Source of the DNA: Tolypothrix carrinoi HA7290-LM1
Lineage (GTDB): Bacteria > Cyanobacteriota > Cyanobacteriia > Cyanobacteriales > Nostocaceae
Assembly (NCBI GenBank): GCA_019358935.1
Contig: JAHHIK010000002.1
Location: 96,001 to 160,000, forward strand
Direction of reading: 5' to 3'
Length of the DNA stretch: 64,000 nt
Shown: piece after piece, positions 21,762-30,261 of the stretch
Numbering within the stretch: the first letter of the stretch is position 1
Layout: every line of letters begins with the position of its first letter
Notes under the pieces: generated by a model
The model's input: the letters and a program-made list of their open reading frames with translations, nothing else
Told to the model about the DNA's origin: nothing
The model's database searches: none
Translations under genes and position numbers: made by a program

Positions 21762-22211
21762 ATGGAACGCACATTTTTAGCAATTAAGCCTGATGGGGTA
21801 CAGCGCGGACTGGTGGGTGAGATTATCCGTCGCTTTGAAACGAAAGGCTTTACTCTGGTTGGCTTGAAGTTTCTCAAACCCAGTCGGGAATTGGCTGAAG
21901 CGCACTACGACGTTCACCGGGAAAGACCCTTTTTTGCTGGGTTGGTGGAGTTTATCACCTCTGGACCGGTGGTAGCGATGGTTTGGGAAGGTGATGGCGT
22001 AATCGCCTCTGCGAGAAAGATAATTGGCGCTACAAACCCACTGAATGCGGAACCAGGGACAATTCGGGGCGATTTAGGCGTAAATATTGGTCGCAACATC
22101 ATACACGGTTCCGATGCTCCGGAAACCGCCCAAAAGGAAGTTTCGCTGTGGTTTAAGGAAGATGAATTAGTCGGTTGGCAACCCGATATTATGCGTTGGT
22201 TGCACGAGTAA
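21762..22211 (+). CDS. ndk: Nucleoside diphosphate kinase
   Basis: [24 protein letters not shown] and NIIHGSD (catalytic His); AGGAG RBS upstream. Confidence 0.97.
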   Translation: MERTFLAIKPDGVQRGLVGEIIRRFETKGFTLVGLKFLKPSRELAEAHYDVHRERPFFAGLVEFITSGPVVAMVWEGDGVIASARKIIGATNPLNAEPGTIRGDLGVNIGRNIIHGSDAPETAQKEVSLWFKEDELVGWQPDIMRWLHE

Positions 22212-22214
22212 TTT

Positions 22215-22430
22215 AGGGAATGGGGAATGGGTAATTGGGAATGGGTAATTGGGAATAGGTAATTGAGAATGGGTAATTGGGAAAATTCCTACTCCCTACT
22301 CCCCAACGCCAGTCGCCTCAAGCCGGGAGACCCGTCCACGGCGCTGGCTCCTCCCCACTCCCTACTACGCCACTTGCTTCAAGCCGGGGAACCCGTCCAA
22401 CGCAGTGGCTCCCCTACTCCCTACTCCCTT
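22215..22430. repeat. STRR tracts with two tandem small dispersed repeat elements
   Basis: GGGAAT/GGTAATT arrays and two ACGCCA...CAAGCCGGG...CCCGTCCA...TGGCTCC units. Confidence 0.8.
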
Positions 22431-23145
22431 CCACTACTTCGCTCTTTTCGGGTTCTTTTGATAATTGTGGGGTAGTGCGCTTAGAAAAGCCCCAGGCAAA
22501 AACGAGGGCGATCGCACCAATCATCGCCCATTCTGGCGGAACAAAGCTATCGTTGACGACTTTCAGGAGCAAGCGCAAGCCTACCAAAGCTACAGTGATA
22601 TAGCCTGCGTCTTCTAAATAGACATACTCATCCAACCACTTGATAAACAAACCCGCCATATATCGCAGGGTGATAATCCCAATAGTTGCCCCTGTGAGTA
22701 CCAACCACTTTTCTTGAGAAACTGCGATCGCTGTTGTCACACTATCCAAAGAAAATGCTAAATCCGTGAAAGCAATCACCGGGATCGCTTGCAATAGTGA
22801 GTTAAAGCGGGGACCGTGATGCTGGTTATCTTCGCCTTCTTCTGAGGTAAAATGTTGGAATACCAGCCATAGCAGGTAAGCAGCACCCAATACGTTAAAT
22901 TGCCAAAATTGTTGCACCCAAGTTGCGGTGAGAATTAGGGTGATGCGTAGCACGTAGGCAACGACTAAGCCGACATTTAGTGCTTTACGTTCGAGTTCTT
23001 TGTCTTCGAGTCCTTGGGCGATCGCAGCGAGGGCGATCGCATTGTCAGCAGATAGTACAGCCTCTAGTAAAATCAGAACGAGTAAGACTAGAGGTGCTTC
23101 GACGCTGAAGTGAAAGTGAAGATAATCAAAAATTTGGTCTAACAT
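22414..23145 (-). CDS. TerC-family membrane protein
   Basis: LEAVLSADNA and DLAFSLDSV motifs. Confidence 0.9.
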   Translation of the reverse strand: MLDQIFDYLHFHFSVEAPLVLLVLILLEAVLSADNAIALAAIAQGLEDKELERKALNVGLVVAYVLRITLILTATWVQQFWQFNVLGAAYLLWLVFQHFTSEEGEDNQHHGPRFNSLLQAIPVIAFTDLAFSLDSVTTAIAVSQEKWLVLTGATIGIITLRYMAGLFIKWLDEYVYLEDAGYITVALVGLRLLLKVVNDSFVPPEWAMIGAIALVFAWGFSKRTTPQLSKEPEKSEVVEGSRE

Positions 23146-23480
23146 TCAGATTTTTTTTAAACCGCACCTTGAAAAAGTCAGTATAAGGGCAAGTGTAAAT
23201 TGAAAATAGGGATTAATTTCCCTCTTTAATACAGCTTAACAGGCAAGCGGGTGATTTCTGTTTATGCGCTATGCGCGATTTGACGGCACAAGCATACTGC
23301 CTTCGCGTAGCGTCTCCCCTTGGGAGAAGAAATAAATGCCCAGCCGTCAAACAAGCGATCCTCGACACCCACGAATAATTTCAACACACGGAACCGGGAT
23401 TTATTTTTATGGATCACTCCAAGAAAAAATTTTTGCAAAGCTGAAGGTAACGCGATCGCCTGAATCTCTTGACAAAACAA

Positions 23481-23822
23481 TTAATTAATGCATAATACAA
23501 TTGCTAAAGCTTTGTTGATATTCTGCATTTGCTCATCTGACAAAATTCCCAGTTGGCGAACTAATCTCTGCTGCGAGATTGAACGTACTTGAAATGTATC
23601 AGCAGCAGAAGTTTTACTTAAACTATTTTCAGCGTTGGGTTCTAATCGAACCATCCACGGAACTCCTGCAAAAGCGTCATTCCATGCAGTAATTGGTACA
23701 ACAAGTTTTAGCCGTCAAGTACCAATTTCATCATTATTAACAATAATTGCGGGTCGGGTTTTGCTAATTTCGTCTCCGACAGTGGGGTCAGAATTAAAAA
23801 GCCAAATTTGACCTCTACGCAT
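23481..23822 (-). pseudogene. MazF/PemK-family toxin with an internal stop
   Basis: Hand translation MRRGQIWLFNSDPTVGDEISKTRPAIIVNNDEIGT*RLKLVVPITAW...FQVRSISQQRL...; TGA at 23715-23717 (codon 36 of 113). Confidence 0.88.
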
Positions 23823-24078
23823 AATCTTCATATTCATAGAAGTCTTGCGTATCGCGGTCAGCGAAAATTACTACCTCACTTCCTTCCTCGTAAAAAGAAC
23901 GCATAACTTCAGCAGCTTCACTTAAACTCAGTTGTTTTTGAAGAGTAACTTTTGATTTGGCAACGATTTCTTGACGAATTAACTTTGATGCTATTTCAAT
24001 TATTTCCAAACGTTCTTCAGTGGTCATCTTTTTCAGCGCTTCTAAGACTTCTGCTTTGGTCATAGCTGTTAGAGTCAC
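23815..24078 (-). CDS. Probable antitoxin partner of the MazF-like gene
   Basis: Small protein with an acidic C-terminus, overlapping the toxin start by 8 nt. Confidence 0.65.
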   Translation of the reverse strand: MTLTAMTKAEVLEALKKMTTEERLEIIEIASKLIRQEIVAKSKVTLQKQLSLSEAAEVMRSFYEEGSEVVIFADRDTQDFYEYEDYA

Positions 24079-24236
24079 ATATATTCTTAAAATAGCCTTA
24101 AACTGATGCTAACACGCCTTTTATGGTATCAATAATATTAAGCGATCGCGCGTCAGACAGGATCGCACAAAATCTCACACCCTAATTTACACGCGATCGC
24201 CTACTTAATTACTATGCGATCGCTTTGCTGCCTGCG

Positions 24237-24382
24237 ATTATGTCTTTGATTCAGCCTTCTGGCTGGAGCCAACTGGGTATAAAACCCCACCGTCTACACG
24301 GTGTCTTCAATCGGTTGGGGTTTGAATCCCCATCCGATTGCTCCTTCAGCATAGCTGCCTCCTGCCCTCTGCCTTTCTTCAA
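24237..24382 (+). mobile_element. Dispersed ~200-bp element, copy A (5'-truncated)
   Basis: Near-identical to 37091-37290 and 57691-57890; flanked by TGCGAT on both sides. Confidence 0.85.
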
Positions 24383-24533
24383 TGCGATAATTGAAACGCA
24401 ACCACTCAACTAGCTGCGGATGATTGCTAGCTACTTTTTTGGAAACATTTGTTAGTAAATGATTAACAGCATTTACCTGTTTTTCTACCGACATTTCATT
24501 TAAACAGCGTAACAACCAATCGACTTGCTGCAC
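24383..24533 (-). pseudogene. Probable internal fragment of a ZorC-like (EH-signature) gene
   Basis: VQQVDWLLRCLNEMSVEKQVNAVNHLLTNVSKKVASNHPQLVEWLRFNY starts immediately after the zorB stop, is cut by the repeat element, then runs into HIP1 sites. Family assignment is from memory and gene position. Confidence 0.45.
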
Positions 24534-25205
24534 TCACGGTTTTTTCTCTAAGAAAGTGGAATTGGGATGAGATTTTTTTGCTAATTCATCGCTACGAAAT
24601 TGAAAGCGGAAAACTACCTTGCGATCGCCTGGGTTATCGCGAGTCTTATCAGCTTCTATTTCTCCACGACCAGCGGCTAATACTTTTTGGCTTAAAGGCG
24701 CTTTTGTGGTAAAATTAATGTCAGAAAAAATGAACTTGGCAACTGATGAAGACCGCAACAAGCTAAGTTGTAAGTTAGTTTGGTAGTCTCCTTCAGAACT
24801 GGTGTGACCTTCGATAATTACGCGGCTAATTTCTTTCTCGAATTCGGGTTTTGAGAAAATCACTCCACTGTAAACGGGAATAAAGCTACGAAGAAAAGCT
24901 TTACCTTCGGGTTTCAGTTCGGTACTTCCCTGAGCAAAAAGAATTGATTCTTGGATACTTACATCCCCGGTTTCTGGGTTGACTTTGACGTTAATGTTGT
25001 TACTTTTCATTTCTCCAACAACATTGCCAATTACCACTCTTTTTGGTGCATCTTTCTCTGCTAGCTGAAGTAGTGCAGTAATAAAAAGTAGCATAAAAAA
25101 CATCAGTAAACCTGACATCAAATCGCCAATAGATAAATAGATACTAGAATCATCATCCTCAGCAATTTCTGATTCAAAAAAATCGCCTTTTGTGAAATCA
25201 TTCAT
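24534..25205 (-). CDS. zorB: Zorya ZorB-like MotB/OmpA-domain protein
   Basis: TM helix with conserved Asp (SIGDLMSGLLMFF); OmpA_C motifs ILFAQGS, IEGHTSSEG and NLQLSLLRS; overlaps zorA. Confidence 0.8.
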   Translation of the reverse strand: MNDFTKGDFFESEIAEDDDSSIYLSIGDLMSGLLMFFMLLFITALLQLAEKDAPKRVVIGNVVGEMKSNNINVKVNPETGDVSIQESILFAQGSTELKPEGKAFLRSFIPVYSGVIFSKPEFEKEISRVIIEGHTSSEGDYQTNLQLSLLRSSSVAKFIFSDINFTTKAPLSQKVLAAGRGEIEADKTRDNPGDRKVVFRFQFRSDELAKKSHPNSTFLEKKP

Positions 25206-27126
25206 GATGGTTATTCCCGTTACCTATGTCATTGTTGTTTTTTACAGCTATTAGGACATTAGCTGTATGTAGTAAACCTCCGCAAACCCCAGCCATAGCA
25301 GTATCGGCTTGTTTGAAGAAGCTTTCTTGTAAGTCAACAGTTCGCTTCATAGAACTTTCAAGGTGACTATGCCAAGCTTGAAGACTATGGTCAAACTTTG
25401 CATTCAAATTCCTGTATGAATTGTCCACAATCTGCACTTGCTGTCCAATACCAGTAGCAAGTTTTTCGAGTTGTATCAGTCGTTGTGCATCGTTTAACCC
25501 AGCCGCACTAACTAAGTTATTTATTTGTTGGACAGTTCCTTGAATTTTATTCATACTTTGGTCTACTTCTTGAGTCAACTCACTGCGTCTTTTAGCTTCA
25601 TCTTGAAAAACGGTATCCAAATTAGTCACTACCGCAGCTAAACCATCGCGTTGTTTGCCTAGTGTCCCTTCCAGTAAGTTATTTTGTTGTGTAAAGAATG
25701 CCTGTAGATTCGCTTGATATTGTTCTCGGAATTGTGTTAAATCCTCTTGCACCGTTTGACGAGTTGCTGTGAGTGTGTGGTCGATATTTCCTAATGTGGC
25801 AATAAGATTCTCTTGACTACGATTCATCAGTTGACAAGCTTGATTACCGACTGTTTCCAGAGTGTTAGTCTGCTGCTCGAAGGCTGTATTTGCTTGTGCG
25901 AGAATGTGGATAATTCCAGTCCGAGTAGCTTGAAGCATTTGCTTTTCTACTTCTGCTCGTTTTTGCAACGCTGTTTCAAGTTCCTCTCTAATTCCTCGGA
26001 ATGTATCAGCCGCATTTTCTGCACTTGCTTCAAAAGCACTTTGTTGAACTGTCATTCCTTGAATACTTTGCTCGATAGCTCGATTAATATCGTGAGCGGT
26101 TTGTTCTAAAACACCTTTTGTATCTGTTTGAAATTGATTCAAAGTTTGTTTGAGATTGTTAGCGAAGTCTTGGAGGCTAACTAAAGTCTCTTTTTGAAAG
26201 TTTTGAATTGTGACGATGGAACTTGCCAAATCTTTGTGGAGAATTAACACAGCTTCGGAAGCTTGCTGAGTTAATTCTGCACTTTTATCTAAGCGATCGC
26301 CTATCGGTTCAAATACCTCAATTCGCAAATTTTTAATAAGTTCTTCTAAAACTCTTTGTCCCTGGTTTTCTTGGAGTTCTCTGAGCTTTTGCTGCTCTTG
26401 TAATATTCCTCGCAGTGCTGGTAAAATAACTGACTGCATCTGCTGTCCTACAGCTTCTCCAATAGCTTCAGCACTCAAGTTTATCCCTGTGAACTTGTCT
26501 GCTACAAGGTTAAGAACTTGTGCTACTTCATAGTTAGCGTTGTCTGCTGTTTGTATGGCGATCGCTTTCAACTTTTGTCTTAAATCATCACGTCGTTTCT
26601 GACGTAGCGAATCACATATAAACAAAATTATCGTGAACAAGCTACCAGAACCAAGTCCCATCAAGGAAGTAGAAAAAGCTGTTTTCATTCCCACCAATAA
26701 TTCCTTACTGGAATTCATTAGCTGCTGGGAACTTGTTGTATCTAAATTGATTCCTTGTAACCCCTGTTGAATACCATAAAAGGTTCCCAAAACACCAATT
26801 GCAGTACACAAGGTAGTCACGAAACGCAGGGAACTACGAGGTATTGGACGCGCTAAAACAACTGGATACTTTATAAGTATGAATTTGCCATTTTGAATTT
26901 GTAGATGTTCGTCTTTCCACTGATGAAGCTTTAAATTATCCTGTTTTTGACTTTTTTTCGGATTTTTCAAACTCTGAATTGCAGCTGCTGTTTCTCCGCA
27001 TTCTGAATACCAATACTGCCATAATGTATAAAGCTCAACAATAATTGCCACAAATAATACAATGGCAGTTGCCCAATGAAAAGGCTCGCTATCCCAAACT
27101 ATGCCCCAAATTTGTGCTAAATTCAC
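25198..27126 (-). CDS. zorA: Zorya ZorA-like MotA/ExbB protein with a long coiled-coil tail
   Basis: GVLGTFYGI and GMKTAFSTSLMG MotA/TolQ/ExbB motifs, followed by about 450 aa of Q/E/L-rich helical sequence. Confidence 0.8.
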   Translation of the reverse strand: MNLAQIWGIVWDSEPFHWATAIVLFVAIIVELYTLWQYWYSECGETAAAIQSLKNPKKSQKQDNLKLHQWKDEHLQIQNGKFILIKYPVVLARPIPRSSLRFVTTLCTAIGVLGTFYGIQQGLQGINLDTTSSQQLMNSSKELLVGMKTAFSTSLMGLGSGSLFTIILFICDSLRQKRRDDLRQKLKAIAIQTADNANYEVAQVLNLVADKFTGINLSAEAIGEAVGQQMQSVILPALRGILQEQQKLRELQENQGQRVLEELIKNLRIEVFEPIGDRLDKSAELTQQASEAVLILHKDLASSIVTIQNFQKETLVSLQDFANNLKQTLNQFQTDTKGVLEQTAHDINRAIEQSIQGMTVQQSAFEASAENAADTFRGIREELETALQKRAEVEKQMLQATRTGIIHILAQANTAFEQQTNTLETVGNQACQLMNRSQENLIATLGNIDHTLTATRQTVQEDLTQFREQYQANLQAFFTQQNNLLEGTLGKQRDGLAAVVTNLDTVFQDEAKRRSELTQEVDQSMNKIQGTVQQINNLVSAAGLNDAQRLIQLEKLATGIGQQVQIVDNSYRNLNAKFDHSLQAWHSHLESSMKRTVDLQESFFKQADTAMAGVCGGLLHTANVLIAVKNNNDIGNGNNHHE

Positions 27127-27152
27127 GCAACACCCCTTGTGATTACTGTTAA

Positions 27153-27497
27153 TTATTTTTTGCTAAATTGCTTCAATTCTTTATCGGTGAGAACCTGATA
27201 AGCCACCCGCACAGGAATATGTTCTGCATACAAACGGTTGCCTATAGGTTCTCGCAAATATAAGCTGTAAAGCGCTTCACCTTCTGCCTGTTTATCTTCA
27301 ACTAAATAAACTTGTGCTGGTGCATAGCTTCTTAACAACCGCACCTGCAAACACGTTTTCAAATCCCGCGAGGAAGTAGATAAAGGCGAATTTTCTCCAA
27401 AGAGTTCGCAAGCTACTTTCCAAGCGTGATTAATCGCTACAATCTCCTTAACCAACTGTTCGACAGAGGGATTTAACAGTTCTTTAGTTTCAGCCAT
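27153..27497 (-). CDS. Hypothetical protein leading the zorAB operon
   Basis: 114-aa ORF ending 26 nt before the zorA start, same strand. Confidence 0.7.
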   Translation of the reverse strand: MAETKELLNPSVEQLVKEIVAINHAWKVACELFGENSPLSTSSRDLKTCLQVRLLRSYAPAQVYLVEDKQAEGEALYSLYLREPIGNRLYAEHIPVRVAYQVLTDKELKQFSKK

Positions 27498-27749
27498 TAA
27501 TGCTTTTGCCTTATTTGCTATGTTGCTTTCAACAAACTTATTTTTCCCACAAATAAGGCTGATCTAACTTTTGCGATCAAATAGCAATTTTTGACGCGGT
27601 GAGTGCGATCGCTTCTCAAGAAATACTCAAGTGTAAATAAATACTCCTAAACGTAGTAAGCGGCTCTATCCCTTAAAATCGAAGCAATGAGCGGTAAACC
27701 GCTCACTAAGAACTAATACCAATTCTATGTGAGGTTGCGCTTTATTCAC

Positions 27750-28076
27750 GTAGGGGCAATTCATGAATTGCCCCTACGGAGAAGAAATATAACTTATCTG
27801 TAGGGGAGCCAGTTGCATGGGCGGGTTTCCCGACTTGAGCAAACTGGCGTTGTGTTATGCAGTATAGCAACACACCTTGAATTCTTGACGGTGCGTTGCG
27901 CTGAAAGACAACACAACGGCAATAAAGCGCGGCGTTGCCTGCTCAGAGGATTCTGTCCGTCGAACCGCCTTGGGAGGAACATCCACACCGCTTTAAGCCG
28001 GACCCTACATTTAAATTTCTAACGTTTAGAAGAGCGTAAAATTTACTGTAGAGACGTTTCATGAAACGTCTCTACA
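27750..28076. repeat. Cluster of REP-like palindromes and small dispersed repeats
   Basis: GTAGGGGCAATTCATGAATTGCCCCTAC (27750-27777) and TGTAGAGACGTTTCATGAAACGTCTCTACA (28047-28076). Confidence 0.8.
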
Positions 28077-28080
28077 TTAT

Positions 28081-28506
28081 TTATGCTAACTTTGACAACA
28101 GACTATTTGCTAAATTCAATAATTCCATATTATCTATTTCACAAGCATCATAATTATTTTCGCTACCAGCTAAGATATTTATGACAGCATATAATCTGTC
28201 ATTTTCTTCGCTAAGGCTAAGACATTCTTCTAAATTGACTGCAATATCAAACAAAGAACGTTCTCCTAATATCTGCCTCACCCTCACAGCTACATCATCA
28301 TTACTTACCAAAAATTCTTTAATCGTGTCTAAAGTTGATTCTTCTCCCCACCTTTCCAACCAATCTCCATGCACATCTTCAACATAAAGATGGACAAAAT
28401 CAATTCCATAATTTAGCCAATCCTGCTGCATGTTTCGTGCCGTAGCTAAAGCTTCAGAAAATCTATCTACTTGTTGGTTGCTGTTAGTTTCTCGTTGGTT
28501 AGGCAT
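28081..28506 (-). CDS. Hypothetical acidic protein
   Basis: 141-aa ORF with ATG start, co-oriented with the island. Confidence 0.6.
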   Translation of the reverse strand: MPNQRETNSNQQVDRFSEALATARNMQQDWLNYGIDFVHLYVEDVHGDWLERWGEESTLDTIKEFLVSNDDVAVRVRQILGERSLFDIAVNLEECLSLSEENDRLYAVINILAGSENNYDACEIDNMELLNLANSLLSKLA

Positions 28507-28570
28507 AAATTATGCTATAAGTTGATTATTATGTAGGTTTAAAAAAATTAATATTAAAACTTTGACATTA

Positions 28571-29323
28571 TTAAAAATATTTTAAATACTTTCCGCCAGA
28601 AAGATAAGCGCTGTTAAATAGCGCCACGTTAACTAATTGGTTGATAAAATTAGCTTCTGCCGGATTGTAACTAAAAAATAGTCCTCTTTCTATTTCCCAC
28701 AAGACAAGTGTATTTTTCCAATATTGATACTTGTGCTGATTCAATTCTTCTGAGACGCTGGTAACTTGAATACAAAGTGGTTTCTGTTGACTGTTGCTGA
28801 TAATTAAATCTGTTGCCATAGAAAGGTCGGCAATATAACGCTGCCAAAAACTTCCCTCTCGACGGACAATATCTTTAGCTATTAATTTAATAATATCATT
28901 ATCGGCTCGATTAAACTCCCCCGCCATTAATTTTTGTCGCCAAATACCAAACTTGGGGTCTGTTTCATTTAGCCATTTCGGAAAAAGATACTGATACCAA
29001 TATCTCTCAGTAGGTGTCATTTGCGCGAACTTTGCTTGTTGTTCTTCTTCAGTAGGTAAAGATTGAATCACTAACCAAACAGTAGAATCGGCAATCACTT
29101 CCAAGAGAAAAGCAAGGACAAATGGTTTCGCAGTCAGCGAACCAACTTTTATATCTTTTACCCAACGATTAATTTCATCTAATCTTCTCGCTAAATTGGG
29201 GTCTAGCGAGGAGGCTTGCTCAATGAGAAACTTTAGCTTCTCCTTAATCTCTTTTGCTTGCAAACGATGCCCTAATTTCAGTAACAAAAGCTCTATTATA
29301 AATTTATACCGATTTGTTGCCAA
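28571..29323 (-). CDS. Hypothetical protein, possible nuclease-like fold
   Basis: 250-aa ORF with TTG start; DLSMATDLII...LCIQVT segment. Confidence 0.6.
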   Translation of the reverse strand: MATNRYKFIIELLLLKLGHRLQAKEIKEKLKFLIEQASSLDPNLARRLDEINRWVKDIKVGSLTAKPFVLAFLLEVIADSTVWLVIQSLPTEEEQQAKFAQMTPTERYWYQYLFPKWLNETDPKFGIWRQKLMAGEFNRADNDIIKLIAKDIVRREGSFWQRYIADLSMATDLIISNSQQKPLCIQVTSVSEELNQHKYQYWKNTLVLWEIERGLFFSYNPAEANFINQLVNVALFNSAYLSGGKYLKYF

Positions 29324-29424
29324 AAAGATTTCCGTTTAAAAAAAATATATTTTAATGTTCTTTATTGTGAGTTGCGCTTTATTTACCCTGCGCCGAGCGC
29401 ACGCTACGCGTTCAGGCACCGAAG

Positions 29425-29635
29425 CCCTTGTCATTACCAACATATTTCAAAACCCTCGCTTTTGCCGCTATCTCGCCTTAGAATTTATTCTAAGGCTAAT
29501 AGCACAAGTCCATTAAAATGGACTGAAATCTTTATTTAGTCCTCTTTTAGAGGACTTTAGCTGTTAGACAACGGTTTATAACCGTTGGCGGGATAAGGGT
29601 TTTACGAGATAAATAAATGTTGCTAATGACAAGGG
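29425..29635. mobile_element. MITE with 19-bp terminal inverted repeats and a target-site duplication
   Basis: CCCTTGTCATTACCAACAT...ATGTTGCTAATGACAAGGG (one mismatch); flanking direct repeat CACCGAAG at 29417-29424 and 29636-29643. Confidence 0.85.
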
Positions 29636-29770
29636 CACCGAAGCCGCTGGCTCTACGAACAGAGCTTACCTGCGTGGGCTAATTAGACGCATCTTCATAT
29701 AGAAAAGGTATTAATACAGTATTTCATTAATCTGATCGCTTTGTTAAATTTGGCAATACCCTGCAATGCC

Positions 29771-29948
29771 AATGCATTCCGATGCAATCTTAATGCATCC
29801 CGATACAATGTTAATGCATCCCGATGCAATCTTAATGCATCCCGATACAATGTTAATGCATCCCGATGCAATCTTAATGCATCCCGATGCAATGTTAATG
29901 CATCCCGATGCAATCTTAATGCATCCCGATGCAATCTTAATGCATCCC
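29771..29948. repeat. 21-bp tandem repeat, 8 full units plus a partial unit
   Basis: Consensus AATGCATCCCGAT[G/A]CAAT[C/G]TT, no spacers. Confidence 0.95.
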
Positions 29949-30261
29949 CTTGCATTTAAAAACGCTGCGCTTTTACGCAAAACTTTACTTAGTTATGGCG
30001 GATGTAAACTGACTGACCTGGCAATTTGGGCGCATTTTCTGGTAAAATGACGTAAGGATGAGCCTCAGAACCTCGACAATCAGCCTTAATATCATTAGTT
30101 ATCCTAGAAACCTTGTAAAACTCTCTGCGCCTGGAGCAGCTCTGGGTGAGCTTTAATAATAATACTTCAATCGGGCTTGGATATGAACTTTCAACTATGA
30201 GCCTTATAAACTCATCAAATGCGCGGTTTACCAACTTTGAATTTGGCATTTCGCGTAGCGG

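Noticed and set aside
23715..23717. Selenocysteine or programmed readthrough in mazF
   Set aside because: Not a Cys position in this family and no evident SECIS hairpin; a nonsense mutation is simpler
24225..24413. Small protein family SLIQPSGWSQLGIKPHRLHG (also 37057-37299 and 57531-57833)
   Set aside because: Chance translations of the 200-bp dispersed element
24534..27126. Flagellar motAB or tolQR/exbBD
   Set aside because: Cyanobacteria lack flagella; the long tail on the A subunit, the OmpA domain on B and the island context fit Zorya
29771..29948. CRISPR array
   Set aside because: Contiguous 21-bp units with no unique spacers, and no cas genes in the window
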